A DNA stretch of 62,171 bases, filler included, from Stramenopiles sp. TOSAG23-2 (Eukaryota), in NCBI GenBank assembly GCA_900128395.1. It is 3 parts of 3 records of this genome, joined end to end, with 100 filler letters (N's around TTAATTAATTAA, not from the genome) between each part and the next. Parts side by side here need not be neighbours in the genome. Positions count along the whole stretch, not along the records: positions 1 to 20,700 come from LT649552.1; positions 20,801 to 41,446 come from LT649553.1; 1 more part is not named here. One strand, written 5' to 3'. Made by a program: the position numbers and the translations under genes. How positions within the stretch are numbered: position 1 is the stretch's first letter; the number at the start of each line of letters is the position of its first letter. Of this stretch, positions 10,446-20,889 are shown in pieces. The notes beneath the pieces were generated by a model. That model was not told the DNA's origin. It saw only the letters and a program-made list of their open reading frames with translations, and made no database searches.

Positions 10446-13400
10446 TTACTGCATCTCAATCTGTTTCAATCTCTCCTCTTCCATCTTTTCCAATGGATTC
10501 TGTTGCCATTTTCGATCTTCTTTATCATCAGCTTCACCACGAAATAAACATGAACCAAACTTTTTCCTAATTGTACCCACAATCACATCTGCTTTTTCAC
10601 GCCATTTCGCCTTTGCAAATACATATGCAAGTCCAGCAACACCAAATAAATTACAAATACCAACAACATATGCTGCACATTCACACCAAAAGCCACCTTC
10701 ATCAGCACATGTGGGATCCGTTTGTAGCATACCGCCAACCCAAAATGTAAAAAATGCCAATGATAATGACCCAAGTTCTAAATGCAACAGTTTCTTGGAC
10801 AAGAACGGTTGAAAATACGATGTTAAAAATAATAACAATGCCAATACAAATAAAACGCAATATATTTGTTGACTCTCTACGACAAACGTTCCAATTGCAA
10901 TAATCGCTACTTTACGCATAATCACGGTGACTTCCCAGTAATAATAACCGTCATTGTATCCATCATATAACATACCATACTTTAAACGTGTCGCTGGCAA
11001 CTCACGATTGGTTTTATGTAAAATATACAATCCATAACTTGGTAAACCAACAATATATAGTAACATAATCATACCAGCAGTACAAAACATCACCAAATGT
11101 TGATCTTTCCAACATGTAATTTCAGGATCTACTTTTAAATATTGTTCCTCCCCAATCATTTCCGTGCAACTAATTAATTTTGCAAACAACTGAATAAAGG
11201 ATGGAAACATTAAATACCACAACAAGACAATTGCAGAAATGATTTCCTCTTTATTTCCACGAACAAATTTAATACATGTATATGTTAATGGAACCATGAG
11301 TAATGGCAATAAAAGTATACAGATAGATCGAAGAACAAATACATCCCAAATGGACATGGTGTTCAATACACAATCTAATGAGAAGAATGCTTTAGACACA
11401 CTTGTAACAACATCTTGTGCAGCAAACAATTGATGAAAGGTTTGGTTCCATGGTACATCCATGTTTCGTGCCAGTAAAACGGTTTGTAAATAACTAAGGG
11501 CAATTTTCTTCACACCATCACTAAAATGGACTTTCCGCTCTTTAAATACGGTAATTTTAACAAGTACAATTGTACCAATTGTCGCAACGACAATACCAAC
11601 AAGAAAAACCACTATATTCAATTCAGAACTGCATTTCACACATCGACCAACACTTGAACCGCGAGCATGATTTACATCACAGGATGCACATAAACGACTA
11701 TTGTTTTTATATCCATCTGCACAAGATGCAATATTTCTACCTTTTCTATTGACATCTTCAAATCGTTTAATCGCATTATTTTTTGCACCTAAACATGCCT
11801 GTACACGAAGGCACGGGTAATACTTGGTTTTATTGTATTGCCAATACCCAAATTTTGCGTAAATGTTGGATTTTGTCACTGCGCCGACACATGATGCACC
11901 AACAGGACATGGCTGACACTTCCATGTTTTCATTTTAGATCCACTCGCATCTAAATACAATTCATCTGTATTGCAATCATTTGTTGTTTTCCATTTCATA
12001 TGTTTCGTCGTTGTTTTACTTATTGTTTTATCTCCATATTGAATATGCGCTTGTAGATGATATACTTGGTTTATGATAGGTATCGTTGGTTTTAATGAAC
12101 TTGATGTTGTTGTACTACCGTTAACAATAAATATGCTATCTTCTTTCCCTGTATCTACATTCATTGGTATGATAACAATATGGTCTATGGTTTTATTGAT
12201 AATTGGTACCGTCCATGTTAAGAATAACATTCCATCGATTGCTTCGACAGAGGTTATAGTTGGACCATTACCTTCTTCGTTTGCCGTTACGCATGCGATA
12301 TTATTGCTATCAGGGACTTGTTTACTTGGACATGGGATGCAGTTTGTTTGTCCTTCCATGTCTGTATGCAATAAACCAGTGCATGGTTCACATGTTCCGT
12401 CGATACCCGCTCTTCCCTTTGTACAATTGGTACATTGTACACTTCCTTTCACAAATGTAGTCTTGCCAGGTGCACATGTGTTGCAAGTGGAATTCCCTGA
12501 ATATGATATTGAACCGTCATTAAATGCACCTATCGGACAAGCTTCGAATGAATTGCAACCTTTTTTGTTACTTGTATCGTGACAATTGGATGGATACATA
12601 CCAGGTGGAACATCAATACACACAATGCTATTGTTTGAATATTTTCCAGCGTCACATAATTTGCACGAAGTTGCAATTGTATTTATTGGTTGATATCGTC
12701 CAGGCGAACATGTATCACATGAAGCACTACCATATTTATTCGTTGCTTTCCCAGCTAAACATGGTAAACATGATGGATATGAATCATTTTCACCTAAATA
12801 TTTACCTGGATGGCATGGTGAGCATTGGATTCCTTGCTTCTTATTTGGTTTGTTGGCGCAGTCAATGCCATAATTGGGGTAAGAGGGAATGGAATCTTGG
12901 CATATTTTTTCTGTACATTGACTTAGCGTTCCTTTTATTGAATTTTGTAAAATGCTAAAGGTAGTGTTGATAATGATAATTGTTGGTTCTGTCGCTATGT
13001 CCTTGCCGCCATGACTGGCAGTATTATCACTAAAATGACTATTTACTATAGTTACATCGCCGCTACCGATATATATTCCACCACCACTAGGACCAGTATT
13101 GTGTGAAATGTTACAGCTTGTTAAGTGCACTTCGCCATCCTTGATATACAAACCACCACCCTCTACAGCATTATTGTTTGAAATAGTACAGCTTGTTAAG
13201 TGCACGTTACCATTATTGATACGCAAACCACCACCTCGACTTAGTTGATCATTCAACACTTGCGTTGCTCTATTACCTGATATTGTACAGCTTGTTAAGT
13301 GCACTTTGCCATTATTGATATCATCGATATACAAACCACCACCTTGATAAGCGGTATTGCTTAAAATGTTACAGCTTGTTAAGTGCACTTCGCCATTAAG

Positions 13401-14315
13401 GATAGACAAACCACCACCATAACCAGCACCAGCGATATTGCTTGAAATAGTACAGCTTGTTAATTGCACTTTGATATACATACCACCGTCGATATACAAA
13501 CCACCACCAGGACCTTGAGCATAATTGCTTAAAATGTTACAGCTTGTTAATTGCACTTTGCCACTATTGATATACAAACCACCACCCGTCGTAGCCCATC
13601 CATTCCTGATCGTAACATTCGTTAATGTTAAATTACTAGGCGCATTTTGCCCCACAAAAAAAACGCGATGACCAGGACAACTACTAGCACATCCTGGTGT
13701 CCCTCCACCATCAATTGCAGGTCGTACACCATCTACACCAACAATACCAGTAATATCCAACACATCACCATTATTAACAATAATAGTACCTGATGCAGAC
13801 AGATCCACATCATTGGATAATATATACGTACCAGATGTCTGTTCATTCCATTCACCTACCAATGCTCTACCAAGATGCAATCGCCGTTTTTCAATAGGAT
13901 ACTCACCGTCTTCTTCCTTTTTCATTCCATTATGAACGAGCTTTTTCAATACAACCGCCTTTTTATTTGAATCACCATTTACATTATTCTCTTTTTTATG
14001 ATTCCATTTAAAAAAGTGTTTCTTTACTTTATTGCCATCATAACGTTGATGGTATACCTTGTCGTTTGTTCTATCAAAATCGTTTTCTTTTGCGTTTTCC
14101 ATCTCTCCAATTATATTTAAATCATTGAAAGAAGAACAACTTGGATATTTTCTATGAAACCATTGTGATAAATATTGATGATTTCGTAAAAATCCATCTG
14201 TCGTTAAGGAATGTATTACATCTATATGCATGTTACACATTGTATCTATTGCTTTATTCACATGAACGAACGATATGAAAAGGAGGATGGGTAAGATATT
14301 CCTATATGTCCTCAT
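10446..14315 (-). CDS. Surface receptor/adhesin: signal peptide, parallel beta-helix (POMP-like GGGLYI) repeats, Cys-rich GCC2/GCC3 (ephrin-receptor-like) repeats, FN3-like region, C-terminal multi-pass TM domain
   Basis: Hydrophobic N-terminus; 7 GGG[LI]xI...LTSCxIxxNxA units; repeated CxxCxxGxY motifs; several hydrophobic helices after residue ~900 including YGMLYDGY...YYWE...RK. Confidence 0.85.
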   Translation of the reverse strand: MRTYRNILPILLFISFVHVNKAIDTMCNMHIDVIHSLTTDGFLRNHQYLSQWFHRKYPSCSSFNDLNIIGEMENAKENDFDRTNDKVYHQRYDGNKVKKHFFKWNHKKENNVNGDSNKKAVVLKKLVHNGMKKEEDGEYPIEKRRLHLGRALVGEWNEQTSGTYILSNDVDLSASGTIIVNNGDVLDITGIVGVDGVRPAIDGGGTPGCASSCPGHRVFFVGQNAPSNLTLTNVTIRNGWATTGGGLYINSGKVQLTSCNILSNYAQGPGGGLYIDGGMYIKVQLTSCTISSNIAGAGYGGGLSILNGEVHLTSCNILSNTAYQGGGLYIDDINNGKVHLTSCTISGNRATQVLNDQLSRGGGLRINNGNVHLTSCTISNNNAVEGGGLYIKDGEVHLTSCNISHNTGPSGGGIYIGSGDVTIVNSHFSDNTASHGGKDIATEPTIIIINTTFSILQNSIKGTLSQCTEKICQDSIPSYPNYGIDCANKPNKKQGIQCSPCHPGKYLGENDSYPSCLPCLAGKATNKYGSASCDTCSPGRYQPINTIATSCKLCDAGKYSNNSIVCIDVPPGMYPSNCHDTSNKKGCNSFEACPIGAFNDGSISYSGNSTCNTCAPGKTTFVKGSVQCTNCTKGRAGIDGTCEPCTGLLHTDMEGQTNCIPCPSKQVPDSNNIACVTANEEGNGPTITSVEAIDGMLFLTWTVPIINKTIDHIVIIPMNVDTGKEDSIFIVNGSTTTSSSLKPTIPIINQVYHLQAHIQYGDKTISKTTTKHMKWKTTNDCNTDELYLDASGSKMKTWKCQPCPVGASCVGAVTKSNIYAKFGYWQYNKTKYYPCLRVQACLGAKNNAIKRFEDVNRKGRNIASCADGYKNNSRLCASCDVNHARGSSVGRCVKCSSELNIVVFLVGIVVATIGTIVLVKITVFKERKVHFSDGVKKIALSYLQTVLLARNMDVPWNQTFHQLFAAQDVVTSVSKAFFSLDCVLNTMSIWDVFVLRSICILLLPLLMVPLTYTCIKFVRGNKEEIISAIVLLWYLMFPSFIQLFAKLISCTEMIGEEQYLKVDPEITCWKDQHLVMFCTAGMIMLLYIVGLPSYGLYILHKTNRELPATRLKYGMLYDGYNDGYYYWEVTVIMRKVAIIAIGTFVVESQQIYCVLFVLALLLFLTSYFQPFLSKKLLHLELGSLSLAFFTFWVGGMLQTDPTCADEGGFWCECAAYVVGICNLFGVAGLAYVFAKAKWREKADVIVGTIRKKFGSCLFRGEADDKEDRKWQQNPLEKMEEERLKQIEMQ
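13020..13590 (-). repeat. In-frame coding tandem repeats (75-99 nt period) of the beta-helix region
   Basis: Core acagcttgttaa(g/t)tgcac at 13113, 13188, 13287, 13371, 13452 and 13539; all spacings are multiples of 3. Confidence 0.9.
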
Positions 14316-15353
14316 GTTTAATTTTGACGGTATCTATATATATATCGCTAAGATATGTTCTCAGTGTCAAAAGTTTACCTCTTCCTGATATACTACTAAT
14401 ACGATCTTTATTATTCACACAAAGTAAAACCTACAGAATCGTTTTCTAATATGTCTCTGTGCAAAACAAATAACACAATGAATATACCTGGAATACGATA
14501 CATGTGGCGATATTCTCTTTATTTAGTTTGATGAAGAAGAGACAGATAGTTATGTGCAATCTATCTATTAAAAACAATGGTTTATGTTCCTTCCAAAATA
14601 ATCAATAAACGATCTTTTTCTACTATTCGTCTGTATGTAAACGCAAATAATAAGACTGCAAACGAAACAGATGGTTCTATGTGAAATAGTATGCGTGTAT
14701 ACAAGTCTTACAGAATGAATATCACGTGAATGGAGTATTATCTTTCTTAGATATCAATGAAGAGTGACGTTTGTTGGTGTTTTCTCTATATCTGTAGATT
14801 GTATTTATTCATTCAATCTATTTTTATTTTAATAATAACTTTTCTGACGTTGAACTAAAAATAACTGTAAGCTATACTTGAATTACATTTTGTGTAGTGT
14901 ATTTTTGGATAGTATTCCTATATTATGTATTGGTGAGTATTCATTCATAAAATCTATTTATCTAGTATTTTTTGGCTGTTGTTATTCTTCTTGTGCTCAA
15001 TTTTATTCATCAGTAGATTGTATTCATTCATAAAATCTATTATTGGTGTGCCAAGAAGAATCAAAAAAAAGATATTTTTTTTTGCAACAACATTTATTTA
15101 TTAAAAAATAATATATTATTGGAATTAATTATAGTACATACCTGGCAAAATGCAACTATACATTATTATGAAATTATTGAAATTATTATATATATAATCT
15201 AGAAAATCTAGAATAAAAGATACTTGTATTTACACAGATTTTTTTTAGACCTGGTATACGCCGCTGATAATACGCACCAACAAGAATCAAATTTAAGAAA
15301 ATAATTTAAAGGAAGTTTAAAAGGAAACAATATAAGATTCTTTTATAGTTAAC

Positions 15354-16982
15354 ATGCCAGCTGCGAAGCCATTAAAAAGATTATTATCTTCAAACTCAGT
15401 ATTACGGAGAAGGAATACACCAATTAAGCCGTTTAATACCATCTCACCGAGGAAGTTAAAAACGGAAGATACTGATAAAGCAGAGAGTCGTTCCGTTACT
15501 GATTATGTTATGCTTCTTTACACAAATAATTACACGCAGTCGCTTCTACAATTTTTTACTATATTTGCGTCGTCTGGATTTGTCGTATCTGCAACTATTT
15601 TTCTTTTATTTATATATATATTATCACTTATTGAGGACTGCGCATCACCTGAATCCCAAGGTTCAATATCCAATATTTTCTCATCTGTTGACACAACAGA
15701 CAACTCATATTGTCAAGCAATGTCTCAAAGCTTATGGCTCCCGACGAAATATTCCAAAATATGGGTATTAAATGCAAAGGGTTGGTATGCAAATTTGGAG
15801 ACAAAACAAAATGGATACATTTGGACAGTAGCAACTAAATTATTACCTGGGTATTTTGCGAAAATAGTTGTTGATCGTTGTATTAAAGCAATTAAGAAAT
15901 TTAAAGAACAATACATATTTTTAACTGTTGGATTTCAAGATCGTGTGGCGATAACTTTGAATGTAGTAGTTCCAAGTAAGAAAGGGGAAGAAAATGAAAA
16001 AATGGAGTTCGAAATGAGAACTGTACGAGACTTATCAATCCAAGAACTGGTTCCTAATGATGCTGCTGTGAAATCTATCAAAAATGCAGGGAAACGAATA
16101 TTGCAAATGGAAGATGGCCCATCACGCACACAATGGGAAGAAAAAAGAGAAGCTTGCTGTGGAAATAAATTCTTTCAAAAACTTTTTTGCATTAAAGCAT
16201 ATTCAAAAACCTTTTGTTGCTGTGGTATTCGGAGATTTCCTTTTTCATATTTTTTACCACAATGGTTTTGCGGAAAAACGAAAATGACGAAATATCATTG
16301 CGATCCAATATTGAGATTTGATCCGAAAATGGAAAATGCTAAGAAATTCATTAAAGATCAAATAATAAACGTGTTAAGCTCTATATTTAGTGGAAATCGT
16401 TTCATTGGATGGGGGACAAATATGGATGCTTATGAAACTCATATTTATTATTGGTGTTTAACGTTTGAACAAACCATATCAAATATGGAAAAGAAAGGAG
16501 AAGTAAAATCAGCATTTCAAACATCTAATTTCCAAAACCGTAAATTTAGAATTTTAGTTGCTAGTAAAGAAGTTATTGATCTTGCAGTTAAATTTGACCC
16601 GTGGGATGTTTTCAAGAAAAAGTCAAATGAGAATTATACAAAGTATTGTGATAGGCGCTGGATGCATTTACGAACCATGGGGAACATTATAAAGAGACAA
16701 GAAGGCGAAGTCGACGAAAATGATGAAGATGAGACAGAAAAACATAAACTTTATGGAGATACATTTTTTTGTAGTAAATTGGAAGTCGTGATACCAAAGC
16801 CAACAAATCAACAAAAAAGGGTTGATGAAAAAATATCTTTGCAAGAACAAATTTCGAAAAGAATCATGCAGGTAGACAAAAGCATAGAACGAAGTAATAG
16901 TGTTGAAGAACGTAAAGAAAATGCAGTTGGAAGTCAGATGTCAGAATTCATCAAATCTCCCGGGTCGCCAACAATGCAATAA
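15354..16982 (+). CDS. Hypothetical membrane-anchored protein
   Basis: 542-aa ORF with hydrophobic segments at ~aa 60-95 and a globular C-terminal region; no function recognised. Confidence 0.7.
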   Translation: MPAAKPLKRLLSSNSVLRRRNTPIKPFNTISPRKLKTEDTDKAESRSVTDYVMLLYTNNYTQSLLQFFTIFASSGFVVSATIFLLFIYILSLIEDCASPESQGSISNIFSSVDTTDNSYCQAMSQSLWLPTKYSKIWVLNAKGWYANLETKQNGYIWTVATKLLPGYFAKIVVDRCIKAIKKFKEQYIFLTVGFQDRVAITLNVVVPSKKGEENEKMEFEMRTVRDLSIQELVPNDAAVKSIKNAGKRILQMEDGPSRTQWEEKREACCGNKFFQKLFCIKAYSKTFCCCGIRRFPFSYFLPQWFCGKTKMTKYHCDPILRFDPKMENAKKFIKDQIINVLSSIFSGNRFIGWGTNMDAYETHIYYWCLTFEQTISNMEKKGEVKSAFQTSNFQNRKFRILVASKEVIDLAVKFDPWDVFKKKSNENYTKYCDRRWMHLRTMGNIIKRQEGEVDENDEDETEKHKLYGDTFFCSKLEVVIPKPTNQQKRVDEKISLQEQISKRIMQVDKSIERSNSVEERKENAVGSQMSEFIKSPGSPTMQ

Positions 16983-17308
16983 TATATAATATATATATTA
17001 TATTATACCACTGGTACTAGTTGATGCTTTAAACAAAAATTACAAATGTAAACAACAACAGTTTTTTTAAATATTAATATAAAATTAATTTAAGGGTTAA
17101 AATATTCTCCTATCAAAATGTGTACTTAAATGACCGATTTTCATACACTCCTCTTTTGGGTTGAAATTATAAAAAAAAAACTCTCCGTCGTCCTCCAAAA
17201 AAAAAAAAAAAATATTAAAATATACTCCTGTAGTATAAGTAATATACATTACAATACAGAAGTACACACACACACATACACACACATATGTAAAGCAGAA
17301 TATATAAA

Positions 17309-18037
17309 ATGCTGTTGAACATGATTAATGTATTAAAATGGATACCACGTCAACGTAGATATTGTAAATATTATTATCATTATCAAAACTTTCATGGCAC
17401 AAACAAAAGATGTACAGGTGAATTACATGAAGAATATGAAGAATTAAAACAATTAAAAGACATCAAATCTCCTGAATTTTATGAAGAAGAAGGTAAACGG
17501 CGTAATTATTTTTATTATGTTGATTTACAAGGACGTCTATTTCTTGAAGATACAGCGCCAAAAAATATTGCAACTTCGTTAAAGAGTGATAAATTTTTGA
17601 ATTTCTTTTTTCGACAATTAAAGTGCAATAAAACAAATAATTTTAACGACTACCCGTATTTTTCTCCTTGTGGTAAAGAATCTAATTACATTAAATGTGC
17701 CGATACGCCAGTTGTTTTTTCAGAAATATTAAAAGATGAAAAAAAAGAAGGTGATAATAATTACAAATTAGTTTGGGGGCATTCGTTATCAATACCATTT
17801 CAGCCAGATAAATTAAGAATTTCAATTGACACGGGAAGATTGTATCATCCGTTTCCAGTTAAAAATGCAAAAAAGTTTGGGCAAAGTACTATGTTTGGCT
17901 TATTAAAATCACATTTGACGATTTCAATTTCCAATCGTATTGGTTCATATGGAAATAATAATTTTAATAATAATGGTAATGATGATGATTGGTATTTTGA
18001 ATGGGGAGATAAGAAACATAAAATAGAAGTAGTTTGA
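17309..18037 (+). CDS. UPF0598/C8orf82-like (DUF4505) protein, probably mitochondrial
   Basis: RRNYFYYVDLQGRLFLED...KFLNFFF...YPYFSPCGKESNYIKCADTPVVF...GRLYHP. Confidence 0.82.
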   Translation: MLLNMINVLKWIPRQRRYCKYYYHYQNFHGTNKRCTGELHEEYEELKQLKDIKSPEFYEEEGKRRNYFYYVDLQGRLFLEDTAPKNIATSLKSDKFLNFFFRQLKCNKTNNFNDYPYFSPCGKESNYIKCADTPVVFSEILKDEKKEGDNNYKLVWGHSLSIPFQPDKLRISIDTGRLYHPFPVKNAKKFGQSTMFGLLKSHLTISISNRIGSYGNNNFNNNGNDDDWYFEWGDKKHKIEVV

Positions 18038-18151
18038 ACAAGAAAGGAATATATTCATACATGTACATACACAATAATACAACAGAGAGAATACATATTT
18101 TTATACAACACATCTGAGATATCTTTTTTTAAAATCGTACGCGTATATATA

Positions 18152-18312
18152 ACCTACTCATGCTTGTAGAGTATTAGTTTGCAGAGGTGCATTAGAGCTT
18201 TACTATAGTAGGATACGAAGAATATATTATTCTTGCGATTGAGTATTTGGAGCATATTACTTAGCACGGGAAGTGTAAAATTATTGTTCGTATATAACTT
18301 AGATTTTAACCA
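18152..18312 (+). repeat. Dispersed ~155-bp repeat family, copy B
   Basis: Same blocks as copies A and C, with small indels. Confidence 0.9.
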
Positions 18313-18417
18313 CATATCAATTAAATTATATATTCGTACATAATATGAGTAAGAGAAAAACACATATATTTATGTATGTGTGTGTGTGTATAATATACGA
18401 GAAGTATGATATATGTA

Positions 18418-20052
18418 TTACACCAGAGTCCTCTCCTCTCCTTTTTTCCCTTTTTTACTCTTTTGTTTTTTGATAAGAAATTTATCCAAATTATTTGCAT
18501 TTGTTGAAGATCTTTTTTTCTTGTTATTATTATCTTTCTTCTTCTTGCTACTATTTTTTTTACCAGCTTTCAATTCCTTACGTCTACGATATGCTGCAGC
18601 CATCCAACCCATGTTTCTCTTCGATACAATCTTATGATCAACAATTGGATTTGGATAATCTTTACCAACAATACATCCAGCGCTTTTTTGTACATCGATT
18701 GGTGCGTTCCATGGATCATATATATATTTTTTAGGCATATGTTTCAATATTGGCAAATGCTTACGAATATAATCACCATTTTTATCAGTTTTTTTACCAA
18801 AAGATACTGGGCCATACACACGAAAATATTGATGGAAAAATGCAGATGCTGACAACCATTGCCAATTTGCATTATTTATACTCCAATCTGCATCTAATAA
18901 ATAACGATCAAATACCTTTGCACCTTCTTCCCAACTAATAAATAGATCGCCACGAGTTAAAAAACAAGCAACCATATGCCGTGCAAGATGATGTATCCAT
19001 CCTTCGTTTTTTAATTGCGTCATGATAGCATCAATGAATGGAAAACCAGTTTGTGCATTTTTCCATGCATTTAAATGCTCTTTATTTTCTTTCCAATCAA
19101 TTTGTACACAAATCGGATTACCAACCATTTTATCAAAATTGGGTATACCAAACCCATTTAAATAAAACCATTCTCTCCAATACAATTGACCAAGCAACGA
19201 CACCGGTGGTTGTGAATGTTTCTTTACTTCCTTATAAACAGACATCAATTCTTTATAAAATAGACGTGATGAGACACATCCAAATTTTAAATATGGTGAC
19301 AATACTGTCGTTGAGGGAGTTAATGAGTTTGGACTCGTTTTTGGTTTTTCAAATTCCGCAATGTATCTTTTATTTTTCATATGCAAATTTAATCGTTTTA
19401 AACCTTCCGTTTCACCACCTAAAAATGGTGTTGGTGCTCCATCGATTTTTTCATAGCCCATATCTAGCAATGTTGGTACATCATATTCAGAGCCATTTTT
19501 TATTACGACATCATTTGGTACAATAGTTGGTGCTTCCAATGGTGGACTTACTTTTACACCTTGTACTAACGAGCAAAATGATTTGTAAGTACCAGGTACA
19601 TGATCTTTATTTAAATACAATAAATGTTCAGGATCAAATAATGTATGACTAGTAAATGACTTTACTATAATATTTTTGGATTCTGCCATTGAAATAATAT
19701 TTGAATCACGTTTACGAGCATATGGCTCTGTATCTTTTTCAAACGTTAATAAAGATATAGACCATTTATCAAATAATTGTGGTAATACCTCTTCTGGCTT
19801 ACCTTTCGCAACGTATAATCGTGATTTACGCTCTCGCAATGATTTATCTAAATCACTTAATGATTCCAGCAAAAATTGATATCGTCGCTTTCCTACAAAT
19901 TCTTCCCTAGCAAACCAAGGGTCGATTATAAACACTGGATAAATATTTTCACTTTGTTTAATTGCTTCTAATAAAGCAGGATTATCGTGTAATCTCAATC
20001 CTTTCCTAAACCAATGTATAGCACATTTTGTTGTTGTTGCCATACTCGCCAT
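18418..20052 (-). CDS. (6-4) photolyase / animal-type cryptochrome family protein
   Basis: IHWFRKGLRLHDNPAL, GGETEGL, TTVLSPYLKFGC, GQLYWREW, GWIHHLARH, LLDADWSINNANWQWLS; Lys-rich NLS-like tail. First ATG at 20052. Confidence 0.93.
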   Translation of the reverse strand: MASMATTTKCAIHWFRKGLRLHDNPALLEAIKQSENIYPVFIIDPWFAREEFVGKRRYQFLLESLSDLDKSLRERKSRLYVAKGKPEEVLPQLFDKWSISLLTFEKDTEPYARKRDSNIISMAESKNIIVKSFTSHTLFDPEHLLYLNKDHVPGTYKSFCSLVQGVKVSPPLEAPTIVPNDVVIKNGSEYDVPTLLDMGYEKIDGAPTPFLGGETEGLKRLNLHMKNKRYIAEFEKPKTSPNSLTPSTTVLSPYLKFGCVSSRLFYKELMSVYKEVKKHSQPPVSLLGQLYWREWFYLNGFGIPNFDKMVGNPICVQIDWKENKEHLNAWKNAQTGFPFIDAIMTQLKNEGWIHHLARHMVACFLTRGDLFISWEEGAKVFDRYLLDADWSINNANWQWLSASAFFHQYFRVYGPVSFGKKTDKNGDYIRKHLPILKHMPKKYIYDPWNAPIDVQKSAGCIVGKDYPNPIVDHKIVSKRNMGWMAAAYRRRKELKAGKKNSSKKKKDNNNKKKRSSTNANNLDKFLIKKQKSKKGKKGEERTLV

Positions 20053-20700
20053 ACTTTCTTTTTTGGCTATTAATATTTTCTTTCTTTTCGATTTTATAGT
20101 CAATAAATAAATGTATATATATATATATGTATGTACGTACGTCAACAAATGATTTTATATGTGTTGATTGATGTTTTCATTGTTTTCTATGTTCTTATGC
20201 ATGTAAGTATGTGTAAATTGATTTTTTAGAATTCTATTTTATTTTGTTCTAGAAGAACAAAAAGAAAAAAAAAAAAAAAAAAAAAAAAAACGCGCAACTA
20301 GCCCAGCAAGCCCGGCAAGCCCAGCAAGCTGGCAAGCCAAACAGCAGCAAGCTGGCCTTAGCTGGCAAACTCACAACAGCACAACAATAATAAAAAAACA
20401 AAAAAAAGTACAAAAAATACCTAATCTGGCCTATCAAATATAGCAAACACTACAAATCTACTGAGTATATGAAAAGGACTACATTAAGTACAAATATGAT
20501 AGGAAATGAAAAACAGAAAACATGGCAGAAAAACACAATTTTCAAGTGTAAAATGTTGAAAGGCCTGTGTCCATGCTAATTTCTACATGCTATTTCCATA
20601 TATTAAAAAAACTTCATAGCGAAAATTATCATTACTATAGAAAACAACAAAAAATCTCCATACTATAGTTTTAAGTACTCTAACAAAAATATGTAAATTA

Positions 20701-20800
20701 NNNNNNNNNNNNNNNNNNNNNNNNNNNNNNNNNNNNNNNNNNNNTTAATTAATTAANNNNNNNNNNNNNNNNNNNNNNNNNNNNNNNNNNNNNNNNNNNN
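20701..20800. other. Artificial contig linker (N44-TTAATTAATTAA-N44)
   Basis: 100-nt N run containing a six-frame stop cassette; identical to 41447-41546. Confidence 0.97.
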
Positions 20801-20889
20801 GATATATATAATTTTAATAATACACCGATATTATTGGATTTAGAGTGATCTTTTACGCCCGTAAAATGTTCTCTCCTCACACACTCCTC

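Noticed and set aside
13100-13560. CRISPR-like pattern of a conserved ~18-nt repeat with variable spacers
   Set aside because: All spacings are multiples of 3 within an open 1289-aa frame; these are beta-helix coding repeats and no cas genes are present
8532-14344. Complete endogenous virophage or Polinton-like virus
   Set aside because: No capsid, packaging ATPase, pPolB, integrase or terminal inverted repeats recognised; only the MTase is virus-like
6961-20052. ERCC8 and (6-4) photolyase as a UV-repair cluster
   Set aside because: 10 kb apart with unrelated genes between them; no evidence beyond coincidence
20053-20148. N-terminal extensions from non-ATG starts in the ORF track (also at 2338, 22815, 26903, 43047)
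   Set aside because: Eukaryotic context; the extensions are TA-repeat or poly-A UTR sequence, so the first in-frame ATG was used
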